From contig NC_068998.1 in NCBI RefSeq assembly GCF_001194135.2, positions 28,747,472 through 28,811,471 on the forward strand: a DNA stretch of 64,000 bases, given 5' to 3'. Of this stretch, positions 26,305-39,512 are shown in pieces (within the stretch, counting starts at the first letter, position 1; every line of letters starts with the position of its first letter). The notes below the pieces were generated by a model. The model worked only from the letters and a program-made list of their open reading frames with translations, searched no databases and was not told where the DNA came from. Source of the DNA: Octopus bimaculoides (taxonomy: Eukaryota). A program made the translations under genes and the position numbers.

Positions 26305-26571
26305 TAATTCTTATCACATTTTAATGTAATCAAAGTATTTTATTTAGTTCAATCCTTTTTTTTCTCTTATGATAGCAATGAAGTGAAAAATAATTTTGAA
26401 ATTAATAAGATGCTTGATATTTCAAGTCTAAATTTTTTTGTCATTTATTTAAATATAATATTTTCTATACAATCATAATGTTTCTCAATGACCATGTGTG
26501 AGAGAACCCATCAAGATAGAGGGATAGAGGAGATGGGTGAGATGTGTTTAACTGTTTAATTGGTATTTCAG

Positions 26572-26591
26572 ATATTGATTGATAATAATCT
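26572..26591 (+). CDS. Candidate 20-nt micro-exon (ILIDNN-L) bridging phase 0 to phase 2
   Basis: TTGGTATTTCAG acceptor and CT|GTAAGA donor. An alternative bridging exon at 26949-26986 also fits. Confidence 0.3.
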
Positions 26592-27874
26592 GTAAGAGAA
26601 AAGAAATGTCAGAGCGATATCATTTTAATAAATGAATGATTACCTTTGTTATTTACTTATAAATATAGTTATAACATTCTCTCATTAATAATCATAATTT
26701 ATATTAGAGAAAACAAATAATTGTTGGTAAATTACAAAATTTTCCGTTCATTATTATTCTCAATATTTTAGGTCTTTGATATTGTTTTTATGAATCAATT
26801 ATTTCAAGATAATGATTTTACATTTACCAAACTAGATGTCTGATCTTTAACATCACAAATTATGAACTTAATCCTGTCACGATAGATTAACTACAAAATG
26901 ACCAAATATATAAGCAGCTCACATGAGTTTAACATAAATATTATTTAGCTAGAACTCTTATATCACACATTGTGTTGTCTTTGCAGGTAAAATCTTAAAA
27001 ATTCTTACCTTGGGTTACCTGATGAAAATAATGGTTCTAGTTTATCTAGTCAAGTAAAATTTATTTACAAGTTAGCATGTCTCTCTCTCATTCACACAAC
27101 ATAATAGACACACCGAATCATTTTCACTTTAATGTTTTTTAGTGAGAATTGTATTGATTTCTTACATTGGCACAATTGTATTTGGTGGGTATAGTTGACT
27201 GGATTGAGCCATTGAACACTTTTTTTCTATTAACTCTGAAAGGATTAAGAACAAATTCTCCTCAGCAGAAAATTATTTCAGAGTATAGAAGAATGGTACT
27301 AAATTTGGTTTTTTATCATATCTATCACTTCAGTAAAAAACATTGGCACAAGGCCACAATGTTTTTGAGAAGGATAGTCAATCAAATCAATGCCAGTGCT
27401 TTATTTTATCAACTCTAGAAAGATTAAAGGAAAAGTTTACCACAACAAGTTTTAAGTGAGATAATATTAATGGTTGTAAGGAAGCAATAATCTCTATAAT
27501 TAGCCTTTCAGTTATGTAAGATTCATTTTGTTTCTCATTAGAAAACATACCAAGTTATAACAGAAAACAATCAATTATAGTAAAAACTTGAAAATATAAT
27601 TTATTAACATTTACCTTGAAGTGAAGAATATTGAAACATTATTTTTATTTGAGAAGTTTTCAAATTATTTTGCCATAATTCATTAGCTAAATTAAATATG
27701 TAATACACAATAACTTTGCAATAACCTATAATACAATCAAGTTAGATTAATTTTATATAAGAATATATAATAAAATTTTCTCTAAAACAATATTGGAGTT
27801 AAACACCATGGTGAGAGCATGTAAATCTGGATTGTATTCAGTTTCTATAAAAACATAGTTACATCTTTGTTTTG

Positions 27875-30800
27875 AGTGGGAAATGAAAAGAGGTTCACCT
27901 ACCTTCCTCTCTCATCTGCACCTGTCTAGTAGTAGTCACTCCAGTAATCCTGCCCTACCCTGTCACCCAGTATAAGCAGCTGCTATCTGACCAACCCAGG
28001 AGCGAATTCCCTGATGTCCCTTCACGATGCCTCAGCTGGTGAAAAGAGGCCGACTCCTGTCCTGTCTCCCCCACACTTCCCTTCTCACGCTTCCCCGTCC
28101 GGTCAGTCCCTTGACCATTGATGTCATGGCCCTCTTCTTCTGGCTCATTCCCACATGACCCACTGATCTCAAAGATCACTTCCTCACTTCACTCCATGTC
28201 GAAATCTACCATCCATTCCTCTGTTCCACTGAGTTGTGCAGCATACTTTTGATGGCTTGACCCAGACTTCATCTCCCACCTCCACAAAGTCAGGCCCTCT
28301 CTCTTCTACAGGGTATCTCGATGGTTTACTTGGATGCTGCTGTTTATATTTGAATATTGCTCTATGTGGCATGAACTCTTTGGCCTGTCCTGATTGGGGT
28401 GACAGAACACCACTTCCAGCAGTGAGACATGTCCCCTCTCTGCCATGGCCTTGATCGTTTGATGATGTCTCTCCATGATCCCATTTCCACTTGGCTTGTA
28501 TGCTGCTCTGAAACAGCGGTGCACTTTTCACCTGTCAAGCATCTCCTTCAGTGCCTCCAAATGAAATGCTGTGCTGTTGTCCATCAGCAATTCGTTCACT
28601 GGGCCCCACTCTAAGAATACCTCATTTAAAATAGGTGCCATCTTATCTGCAGTGCCTGTCCTCAATTCCCTCCAAATGGCCATCCAGCCTGGTCCACAAT
28701 TGACGATTGAGAGATACATTCTCTGCCAGTAGTGTGCTATATTCACTGCTAGTTGTCTCCAGTTGTGCTCTACCGAAATGTTTCCCTGCTCATGCACACC
28801 CAGAGCAAGGTTGATGGATTGACACCTGTCACAGTTCTTGACCACCTTTTCGATGCTCTGTCTAGTAATGTCAGCGTCAATCCACCTGGTGAGACACAGG
28901 GTCCTATCCACGTCCATATGATGCATGTCATACAGTCTCCTTAGCTTGGAGTCAATTTAACTGACACACTGTGGCTCCCCCTTGCTTCGATTCTTCTGGC
29001 TCCCCTAACCAGGCCTTTTTTTACCCTGCTAAGAGCATCTGCCTTGTTTCTCTCTGAAGGCACAAAGACCACATTCAGCTTCAGGCTGAACTTGCCAATC
29101 AGCTCCTCTAAAATCCCTAGGCAGTGCTTCACTAGCATTTCTGCAGGCCCTTTGATTCACACCCTCTTCTCATCGGTGATCACTGATACTACCCAGCCAA
29201 GCATGGTAGCTGAATCCATCCAGATTTCAATGGAGCACAGCCCCCATTTCAAGGCCAAATTCACTTCTTTCAGCATCAACTCAGTGACATTGATGTGGTT
29301 GTAGTTGTCTGATTTTTGAAGCTAGGTTGCATCCTCTGCTTTGGTACCATCAATTTCCAACACAACCCCTATTGCAATGCTACTAGCATTACACCATATG
29401 GTCCCACCATCTGATTTGGGTACATGCCAGTTCCCTCTGACTGGGTCTTCCTCTCCAGGATTTCCTGCATCATTGCTACCATCCCCCCTCCCAGCTTGTC
29501 ACTTCAGTTCTCCCCTTCTTCTCGTCACTTGATGTAACTGCATACTGTATGGAACCACCCCACAATCGGGTAGTAACCTACTAACTTCCTGCACATTGAG
29601 AACAGTTCTCTCCTGCTGACATTGGTACCCAGCTCTAGGATCTCATTCCCCCTATGAAACACCAACTCACCTGTTCTGTCTCTCTGGAGCTTAAGCCCTC
29701 AGTGCAGCTCCTCCAGCCATTGGCTCTAGTGGCTTCGCAATTAGCCCGAATTTCTTCAGATGTCTCACAACCTCTGTGGCAGGCATTATGGTCTTGTCCA
29801 CTAAGATGTCATCTATGTAGGAACTGGTGGCCCTTTCCCAGGATGGATTTGAGCACTGTTGCCATGATCTTCGGCACAAAATTCAGTCCAAAGCCCAGCC
29901 TTGTCAGACAAAATGTTCGGCCCTTGTGTTGCATCTGTTGGTACTGCCACATTTGTTGCTCACATGGAGCTGCAAATATGCCAACTTCAAATCGACGATC
30001 ATCATTGCCTTAGTCGACTGCCTCCATACGTGCAGCATCTCATTGCAGATGTTGGTCACCTTGCCACTTGTGTGACACAATACATGGCCGTTCATCTCCC
30101 AAAAGTCCAGTACCTGTCTAACTTTGCCCTTTGTTGGCTGCACCACTGCAATTAGAAGTAGGACTCTGCTCACCACCTCCTCCTTCCACGGGATAAGGAC
30201 ACCTTCCTTAATCCACTTCTCTACTTCTTCTTCAAACTCACTCCTGGTGTGCCCTTTCAGAGTATGGGGTCCCTCTTTCTATTGTCCATTGCTGACCATT
30301 GAACGCTGCCTGAAAATCCTTGTCTTCAGTGGCATAGGCAGTGCAGCTCCTCGCAGGGCTCTGCTCTCACTCACATTCCTGACTCATGGTGCACAATGCC
30401 TCTAACACTGACACCTCCAAGGCGGTTGATCACATCCATCCTCATTACCACATCAATTCTGTCTACCACATAGTTGATCACGATCACCCGCAGCCTTAGC
30501 ATTGTCCCCTGCACCACTATATCCACATCGCTGCTACCCTTGCATTCGACTTCGCTGCCATCGACCAGCCCAGTGCTACTTGTCCCCTTCCATTTCTTTG
30601 TCACCTTTAGGGTCAAGAGAGTCGTTGTGCAGCCCACGACCTAAACTACAGGCAGTGACTTCCCCAATGCCTCTACTCGTTCGTGGGGTAAGTTTGAGAG
30701 ACAACAACTTCCCCATGGCCTTTTCCCTGGCTACAATTTTAGGTGATATGCCCAGTCTATTTGCACCAGCAGCAAACCGGTCCAGGCTCTGTGCAGTCCC

Positions 30801-31727
30801 TCGTCATGTGCAGCCCTCTGCACTTAAAACACGGGCCTGTGAATGGCTGCTGTCATTCCACAGCAGGCCTTTTTCCATCCTTCACCAGCCATCGTGGGCT
30901 TCTGCAGCCGCTATCACCACTGCCTTCCGCCTGGTGTTTTGTGTGGGCTTGAACGATGAGCTCGCTCATCGCCATTTTGTTGCTGCCTGGCAACTGTTGT
31001 AGTTGCCCCGACATGTTGGGAAAGCCATTCACAAAGGCCAGTCATGCTACTTTCTCAAGTCCCACACCAGTAAGACCAGACAACACAACTAGGCTCTATA
31101 CCTCCACAGCATATTTGTCGACCTGTTCCCCTCTTCATCAGATTGTTCCCAGCTTAGCAAATGCGGTGTGCACTCCATCTGTGTAAGCCTCTCTCAAGCG
31201 TTGCTTGATCTTCGCCCTGCTCAGTTGTTCTTCCATTTCAAGGTACAGTACCAGCACACTCCACTCCGAATACAGGGCCATGAGGCTCACTACATCTTCG
31301 ATGCCTTGTAGCCTGGCCACAAATTTGACCTTTTGAATCCAGGCTACTACATCACCTTCGCCATAGAAAGATCTGATGACATCACTGCCGATCCTTATCT
31401 TTGCCTCCCATCATATATGAAGGGGACAACAACGCCTGTATACAATTGCTGAAATAGCTTTTCATGTGTGGGAAATGAAAAGAGGTTCACCTGCCTTCCT
31501 CTTTCATCTGTGCCTGTCTAGTAGTAGACACTCCAGCGATCCTGCTCCACCCTGTCACCCAGTATAAGCAAGCAGCTGCTATCTGACCAACCCGGGAGCG
31601 AATTTCCTGACATCCATTCATGATGCCTCATCCAGCGAAAAGCGGCCAACTCTGTCCTGTCTCCCCCACACTTCCCTTCTCACGCTTCCCCTTCCCTTGA
31701 CCATTGATGTCATGGTCCTCTTCTTCC
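27875..31727 (-). mobile_element. Compact (about 3.85 kb) Ty3/Gypsy LTR retrotransposon, decayed, both LTRs present
   Basis: LTRs at 27875-28155 and 31467-31727 (TGTGGGAA...TTCCCACA). Order on minus: gag (31400-30700), protease (GCTTTL), RT (VDLKLAYLQL, SYIDDILV), RNase H (NKADALSRV), integrase (HH..CDRCQSI, ELLMDNSTAF, GNGIMERHHQTIK). Many stops and frameshifts. Confidence 0.92.
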
Positions 31728-31915
31728 ATCATTATTGTCATTGTTATCATCATCATCATCATCACTTAATGTCTGCTTTCCATGCTAGAAAGGGTTGGCT
31801 GACTCAATTGGATCAAATGTGCTGGAGGACCACATTATGCCCTTCCTAATGCTAACCAATTTACAAAGTGTGCTGGGTACTTTTTTGTAGCACTAGCACT
31901 AAGTGAGGTTTGCAA
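31727..31915 (-). mobile_element. SINE family B, diverged, (GAT)n tail
   Basis: Similar to 42831-42990. It abuts and truncates the Gypsy 5' LTR. Confidence 0.65.
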
Positions 31916-32719
31916 GGCTAAAGGACCTAAAGGAGTCCCTATCATTAAAGGAGTATAGGAAACAGGGTGTGGTGATTCAAGGTAAGGCAATGGGAGAAGG
32001 TAAAATATGATGAGGAGAGCAGATTTGTTGTTGTGAGAGGATGGTAATAGAGAGAATAATAGAGTAGACACCGTATGAAAGAGCCAAGGGAAAGGAAAGG
32101 GCTTAATTAGGGGTTAGTGAGAAAGAGAGGAACAGACAGAGTTGTAAAGGTGGTGGAAAGGCTATCCCACATAATAAGAACAAGTAGGGGGAGGAGGTAT
32201 GGAAAGAAGAGAACAAGAGAGAAATAAGTGAAGGAGGCAAGGATCCAAAGAGAGCCATTAAGGAAAGACCAGTGTAGGGACCATGTAGGTAGGTCAGAAG
32301 GGGAGAGAAGAGCTGTGGGGATAGGACAGTATTGTAAAAGGGACAAAGAAATGATAGTGATGAAAAATATGAATGAAGGAGGAGAGTGATGAATGAAGTG
32401 AGTGGGAAGATGGCTGGAGGAGGGAAGGTGGACACAACTAGAGAGATGAGAGTAGACTAATTGACAGTCTCACATATATAGACCTAGTGGTGGATGGTAA
32501 AGTCTAGAGTGAATGGGCATGTGCAAGGCAGTCCTCCATAGTTTGTGATGCAGAGATGAGAGATGGGTAGACATGAGTGTGAGAGATGACTAAAGTGAAT
32601 GGGAAGAGAAATAGTAATCATCTGACAGAAAGTGGCAGTAAACACACACACACACACTTGCATACACACTTGCATACATACTAATACCCATATAGACAGG
32701 CATTCCAACCTCTGTGACT

Positions 32720-33310
32720 TCCATCATTTCATTGCCTGTTTCACTACAGTTGTTTGGGGCCTTCTGTAGCACCATGTAACACAATATGATCCTTTGTCAG
32801 CTCCTCCATGAGATGCAGTGTTTTTAGGTCAGCCTTCATCTGTTCTAAGTTTTCTTTGATCTTCTTCTATGGACCCCTCTAACTCCCTTATGCAACAACC
32901 ATCTTTTATATGTATCACAAGCCCATACCAACACAGTCTTATCTCTTGCACACTACATCTGATTTCCCTTATACCTAGTATTTTTTTCTCAGTTGGTGTC
33001 TATGTGCCCAGCTTTTACATCATCATCATCATCATCATCGTTTAACGTCCGCTTTCCATGCTAGCATGGGTTGGACGATTTGACTGAGGACTGGTGAAAC
33101 CGGATGGCAACACCAGGCTCCAATCTAATTTGGCAGAGTTTCTACAGCTGGATGCCCTTCCTAACGCCTCAATTTGCCCTTCACTTTGAGGGGAAAAGCC
33201 TGTGTTGCCTGCAGTGGTAATAGCTCCCAGAACATTTTCCAACTTCTTCTTGCCCTACCGACTATACCTTTGTTTTGGAAATACTATCTTCACCTTTGTA
33301 CATAACTTGT
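32720..33310 (-). mobile_element. Decayed RTE 3' fragment interrupted by a young SINE-B 3' fragment (33019-33168)
   Basis: Minus-strand remnants resemble the 13029-13740 RTE (SWKMFWELLPL; KADLKTLHLMEE). The insert is near-identical to 42831-42975. Confidence 0.6.
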
Positions 33311-33833
33311 ACAGCTTTCACAAGCCATTCATTCATCCAGTGATGTAAATAAATGAACGTCAAAATAAAATGATAATCCTAACAGACTTAAGCATCATTA
33401 ATCCATTTTCTCTTTAATGTCTCTTATATGACTTCTGTAATTTATTTAGTGTCAAATGTACACTAATGCTTGAATAATTTTAAAATATCCATATAGACCG
33501 GCTACAATCTGTCTGAAATGCATATGGATTAGGCTACTCTGGAACTGGATGAAACCCAATGGAATTATGATGCTATGCATATTCTTTCATAAGGTTTAAG
33601 CCTCAAAGTTACTTCAGAGCAAGATTAAATGATTAATTTATATAAGCTTACTTTATACAAACATCTAAAGAAATAAAGACAATGGGGTGGTTTATAGAAT
33701 TTGAACCAAATATAGATACTGCCATAAATCACTCAAGATATTGAGACAGGATTGAAGTCTACATAAAATTGAAGTTTGAAAACTGACATTGGGTCAATTT
33801 ATTCATCTAGTTTTCATTACTGTGTGTATGCAG

Positions 33834-33918
33834 ACACACTTTGTTGTATGGTAAAGTGCTCAGGGCACCAATGAACAGGAACACCACAGTATTTTTTGTT
33901 AGTGCCAGATTTACCAAG
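33834..33918 (+). CDS. Candidate exon (HTLLYGKVLRAPMNRNTTVFFVSARFTK), C-terminal part of discoidin-like domain 1
   Basis: Acceptor TGTGTATGCAG and donor AAG|GTACAA. KVLRAPMNRNTTV..ARF resembles the discoidin pattern KVFxGNxDRNTVV..ARF. Confidence 0.6.
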
Positions 33919-34674
33919 GTACAAATGATATATATTATAATAGATTTGCTTTAATGAATAAGGTGTTGAAAATCATCATTTATTCCTGATGTCCAAGTAA
34001 ATAATTTGCTTCTTTAGTTTACTACTATTTAGTGTTCAAAACAAGAGGTTATATTCAATAAAGTTCTGCGGTCTGGCCCACATTTTTAATCTATTATTTC
34101 ACATTCAACATTTTTCATGTATTCATTTAGGAAAATGTATGCTTATACTTCAAAATTTAATGTGTAAAAACTGCATTTCACAGCATCACATCAGCTTCTT
34201 TTTTATTGTTATATAAGCCATTTGAATTTACATAAAATCCACATCACTTAAAAATATGAACATGTATAAAAACTTTTTGTTTATAGTTGTTAATATATAT
34301 TGCTTTTTTTTTTTCATAGAATAATTTATTAATTAAAGTTCAATTAATAACTATTTGACTGTCAGCTTCATAATTTTATTCAGGAAACTAGTTTTCCTGA
34401 ATACTCAAATAACTGTAATGTAGGAATTCTATACCTTATGACTTACTACATGTTAATGTTATATTTCAGCCTCAGAGAGGTACTTTGGTAGCAGAATAGT
34501 AGAGCAACCAGTAAAATGCTCTGCAGTATTTACTTTATGTCCTAATTTCAAATTCTGCTGGAGTTGGCTTTGCTTTTCATCCTTCTGACATTGATAAAAC
34601 AAAGACTTTTGAATATACACTTTTCCAAAACTTGCAGCCTTGTGTTTGTGTTAAAAATTGTTGTAGTATTTCAG

Positions 34675-34740
34675 ATTAAAATTACATCTCAAATTAAATT
34701 TGATCAAACAGATTATGAAAAGAAAAAGTTGAATGTTTAG
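34675..34740 (+). CDS. Candidate exon (IKITSQIKFDQTDYEKKKLNV*)
   Basis: Acceptor GTATTTCAG, phase 0, continues ARFTK-IKI. Ends in TAG unless a weak GTTTAG donor is used. Confidence 0.35.
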   Translation: MKITSQIKFDQTDYEKKKLNV

Positions 34741-34777
34741 TCATGCTATACACCATTTAATATTCCGTAACCTATTG

Positions 34778-35369
34778 GGATCTATTTTAAAATGGGGGCC
34801 ACATTTTTCATTAATGTTTTACGTAGTGTTTTTGGTACGGAAAAACTTTCAAACTTCGTATACTTATCTATTTTGTGTTATAGAACAGAAAAATATTTTT
34901 GTATTCGAATTTATTTCATGTAAAAAATTGTCTTATTTCGATAATTTCAACCAATCACTGACAAGTATTCAGTTGTTTACATTTACTCCTTTGGCTGATT
35001 AAGCGATGTAAAGCGTATTTAATCTCCATACCTTCATTTTATTTGCTTTTTTCATTTTAAATTTGCTTTAACCCTAACCCTAACCCTAACCCTAACCCTA
35101 ACCCTAGGGTTAGGGTTAGGGTTAGGGTTAATTGTTTCAGAATCGTTTGTTTATGTAGTCGGCACTTAATGTATATCAGCTGAATGGATGTCAGTGATTG
35201 GTTGAAATTACAGAAATACGACAACTTTAACATGGAATAACTTATGGATTTCTTTTTTTTTAAAGAAGACTAAGAGAAAAAGATGTTTTATATGACACAT
35301 TCTACCAGTGTTCCAAGTTTCAAAGTGTTTCGTTAATGAAAAATGTGGCCCCCATTTTAAAAAAGATCC
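34778..35369. mobile_element. Merlin-like (or other 8-bp-TSD) MITE, 592 bp, with a central telomeric palindrome
   Basis: 37-bp TIRs starting GGATC with 1 mismatch. 8-bp TSD ACCTATTG (34770-34777, 35370-35377). Inner inverted repeats. Core (TAACCC)6-TA-(GGGTTA)4 at 35069-35130. Confidence 0.85.
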
Positions 35370-35994
35370 ACCTATTGTATTGCTAGACTGTATCTTATAT
35401 TCCTTCAACAGCTTATATTTCTGCCAAAATACCACCATGACAGTAAAACATGCATTATAATCACGAAACACATTATTATAAAAAGACTTCAGAGTCTGTT
35501 GTCAGCAGACTTTTAGTCTTTTTTCACCTTTAGATCTTTGATATAATGCTATCACTGCTATCTGTTAATTGATAGATTACATCAAAATAAGAAGTCAGGC
35601 TTTCTTAACTACTGCAAAGATCTGATTATAGAATGTAGCAGACAAATTGAAAGTAACTAGACTTTCAATAGGAAAGAAGTATTGTAGTACAAATGTTTTA
35701 TATGAATTGTCATAATTTCATTCATCCATAATAAATGAACCCAAGCTGTCTTGATAAGGATGGTTTGCATATCTTTACACATTAAAGTATTGTTTAGCCC
35801 AATGTCTCAATCAATAATTCTATAACCAAGCTAAGCCATCATGTGAAGGAAAATAAGAATTATCACTGGCTGCTATTCTAAAAATTTAGATATTAAAAGG
35901 CATTGATGATATTCTTTTCAAATACTGAAGTAAATAAAATTAGATAAATAGTCCTTAATAATAAATAGCCTCGCAGACTGAAAACTGAACACTT

Positions 35995-36650
35995 TCACCA
36001 CCACCACCTCCACCTCCACCATCACACCATCAGCAGCATTTTAACATTCACTTTTCCATGAGGCAGATTTTCCACAGCCAGATGCCCTTCCTATTGCCAA
36101 CCCTCACTTGCTTCCACTCGTTTCTACTGACTGGAAAGGAATGACATCGCTTGTCCTATGGTAACACATGTTTACAATGATCACATGATGTCAAGACAAG
36201 GAGGCACAAACACATAACTCAGATTCACGCACACACATCCATCCATCCATACATACTATGTGTGTGTGTGTGTGTGTGTATCTTGTTTCAGTCATCTGAC
36301 CGTGGCCATGCTGGGGCACTGCCTTGAAGGGTCTTTTAGGTGAACAAATTGACAACAGGTTTTTTTTTTAACCCAGTACTTATTCTATCAGTTGTTTATG
36401 CTGAACTGCTGAGTTACAGGGACATACACACACCAACACCGGTTGTCAAGCAGTGAGTGGGAACAAACTCAGACACAAAGACATGCACACGCATAGATAT
36501 GTAGTTTCCACCGAACAAATCCACTCACAAGTCTTTGGTCAGCCTGAGAGTACAGTAGAAGACACTTGCCCTAGGTGCTATGCTGTGAGACTGAACCTGG
36601 AATCAAGCTTCTTACCACACAGCTTCGCATATGCCTATAGCCACGCCCTT
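35995..36650 (-). mobile_element. Diverged SINE-B fragment (35995-36120) and SINE-A copy (36281-36650)
   Basis: GATGCCCTTCCTATTGCCAACC motif and SINE-A tail/head homology. Confidence 0.65.
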
Positions 36651-36855
36651 GCCTATAAACCACACCAGTGCCTCTAATCCATGCCTGCTAGACAGCTCTG
36701 GAATATAGTGTATTTTTAAATGTTATATGTTTTTAAAGGGATTTTTCCTTGCAGTTTCTGGTTTTTAAACGACACACATGCATTAAGTATGTTGCAATGA
36801 TAATGTTTTTATTATTGGGCTGCTTCTGTTACATACTTCAAATTTTCATATACAT

Positions 36856-36927
<72 letters not shown>

Positions 36928-37803
36928 CATATACATACATACATATACATATATACATATATATATAATGATGAGCTTCTTTCAGTTTCTGTCTACTAAA
37001 TCAGAAATTGAAAGAAAGAAGTATTATTAATCATTTTGAAATAAGCATTAACAACCATAGAAAATCATGTAAAAATACAAGATAAAAAAGAGATACATCC
37101 TTTCTGTATAATACACAAAGCTCTATTATGTTTAATGCTGTAAATCATAAAGTAACTTACACTATTAAAAACAATACAAAATCCTTTCAATACTGGATGC
37201 TGCTCATAGAGTTTGTAAGATTCTTACAGGGAAGTTGGTAATCCTGTATTAATTAGAGTCTACGCAGAGCATGTATTATTTTTAGCTCTGAAGTAGAAAT
37301 AATCTGAAGGAAAATAATGGGTACCTTCATTACAACACTAATGATACATAAATACAAAAGCAAAAAGAGAGAAATGCCAGTATTAGTTGGCTTTGATCCA
37401 GCAGACTTAAGATAAAAGGCATTCCAGCCATGACTATTCCAATTTTTATTTTAATCATTATGTATCTAGGGTTACATTTTTGAATGTGTTTTTTTAAAAA
37501 TGTTTTTAAGGTAGCAGGGAGGGCTTTAAGGGAGAATTGGCTTCTATTTCTAGCAGAGTGAGAGGCTACATAAAGGCTCCTGGTTGTCTTGTAATTGCTT
37601 TTGATGGACTGACTCCTAAAAGCAATGCAATACAGGGCCTACATGTGGTCAAAGGTGGTACAATCTTTGAACTCTTTTACATTCTGAAATCATTTTAATA
37701 TCCATGGTTCTATTTAGAGGTGTCTCTGTCACATATCAAGTTGATAAGACCAGTTTATCCGAGCTGGATTAGATTTTATTAAACTACAGTTACTGTTTTA
37801 CAG

Positions 37804-37999
37804 TTTTACTTGTTTCAGTCATTTGACTGCAGCCATGCTGGAGCACCACCTTTAGTCAAGAAAATCGACCCCACGACCTATTCTTTGTAAGCCTAGTACT
37901 TATTCTATCGGTCTCTTTTAGCCGAACCGCTAAGTTACGGGGACGTAAACACACCAGCATTGGTTGTCAAGCCATGGTGGGGTGACAAACACAGACACA

Positions 38000-38083
<84 letters not shown>

Positions 38084-38250
38084 TATACGACAGGCTTCTT
38101 TCAGTTTCCATCTACCAAATCCACTCACAAGGCTTTGGTCGGCCCAAGGCCATAGTAGAAGACACTTGCCCAAGGTGCCACGCAGTGGGACTGAACCCAG
38201 AGCCATGTGGTTGGTAAGCAAGCTACTTACCACACAGCCACTCCTGTGCC
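37804..38250 (-). mobile_element. SINE family A, full-length young copy (tRNA-derived head, CORE-like body, internal (TG)/(TA) microsatellite, tail)
   Basis: Minus strand: A box TGGCTGTGTGG, B box GGTTCAGTCCC, and ACCTTGGGCAAGTG (CORE-like, inference). Confidence 0.9.
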
Positions 38251-39144
38251 TAGTAAAAATATTTATTAAACTACAATTAGTAAAAATATTTTTACTTAGA
38301 TGTTTCCCCTCTCATAAATTGTCTGCTTGATTGTTTTTCTCAGTCTTTTACTTTTTTTAAACTATTTTCATATTTGTGTGCATTCATTACAAATCTTGCA
38401 ATGCAATGCATTTCCTCCAGTTCACGAGAAACAATAGGAAGTGATCTTTGAATTAAAAGTCAGTGAACTCACATTACTAAATATTATAGCAACTGTCTTC
38501 ATAACTAGTTTCACATTTATTACCTATGCCACTTAATTGTTAGAAATAATTGATATCAGTAGGCTACCAATACCACTCATTCTAAAGACATTACTGCTTT
38601 TGTTGGCTGCATTCTTGGAAACCAATAGAAGTGTTTTATTTTCTCCTTGACAATGTATTTTATGATCTGTAGTGTTCCAAAATGCATCTGTGTGCAGAAT
38701 GATAAGTTGTGGGATGATAAGCAGCATCCATCTAATTTTAAGCAGTTATTTCTACTCTTTATATTCAATGACCAACTTATATTCATAACATACAGCTCTG
38801 TCGTACCTACAGAAATTGTTCATTAAGACCTGCTGATAGATGCTGTTGTTATATCTACAATGAACATTGTCAGAAACAAAATATAAACTCTAGAAATATA
38901 TTCTAAAATATTGTGTACAATGCACAAACAATAACAATTCTGATTCATTGTTGAGTCCTTACCTATAATTAAGCACACCCATGCACTTAATAGATAATTA
39001 TATCATTTCAATGAAATCATGTATTTAACAAATACTCTATCTTTCTATCAACATTAAGGTCCCTTCTTAATATCATTCTAGCAAACAGTTTTATACACAT
39101 GTATGCATTCTCTTTGCTAAATCTATGCTATATACTCAAAATAT

Positions 39145-39512
39145 GTGGAGGCGCAATGGCCCAGTGGTTAGAGCAGCGGGATCACAGTTTCAATTCCCAG
39201 ACCGGGCGTTGTGAGTGTTTATTGAGCGAAAACACCTAAAGCTCCACAAGGCTCCGGCAAGGGATGGTGGTGAACCCTGCTGTACTCTTTCACCACAACT
39301 TTCTCTCACCCTTACTTCCTGTTACTGTTGTGCCTGTAATTCAAAGGGTCAGCCTTGTCACACTGTGTCATGCTGAATATCCTCGAGAACTACGTTAAGG
39401 GTACACGTGTCTGTGGAGTGCTCAGCCACTTGCACGTTAATTTCACAAGCAGGCTGTTCCGTTGATCGGATCAACTGGAACCCTCGACATCATAAGCGAT
39501 GGAGTGCCAACA
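39145..39512 (+). mobile_element. SINE family D, full-length, tRNA-derived
   Basis: A box TGGCCCAGTGG, B box GTTTCAATTCC, and 11-bp TSD ACTCAAAATAT (39134-39144, 39513-39523). Confidence 0.85.

Noticed and set aside
26772-26843. Alternative exon VFDIVFMNQLFQDNDFTFTKLDV, faintly similar to the 17252 exon
   Set aside because: It has no credible donor before the stop, and the similarity is too short to trust.
27615-27686. Minus-strand exon candidate (NELWQNNLKTSQIKIMFQYSSLQ) and similar ones at about 27018 and 16362
   Set aside because: The splice signals are fine, but such hits are common in AT-rich DNA. The joined peptide shows no motif, and TE strand bias favours a plus-strand gene.
32100-32480. 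Hydrophobic membrane-protein-like ORFs
   Set aside because: They are translations of a purine-rich low-complexity tract.
35069-35130. Ancient telomere-telomere fusion site
   Set aside because: The polarity is CCCTAA then TTAGGG, opposite to a fusion, and the tract lies inside a TIR/TSD-bounded element.
39145-39230. tRNA gene (also the SINE-A heads)
   Set aside because: A/B boxes only, no cloverleaf, and the sequence continues into a SINE body with TSDs.
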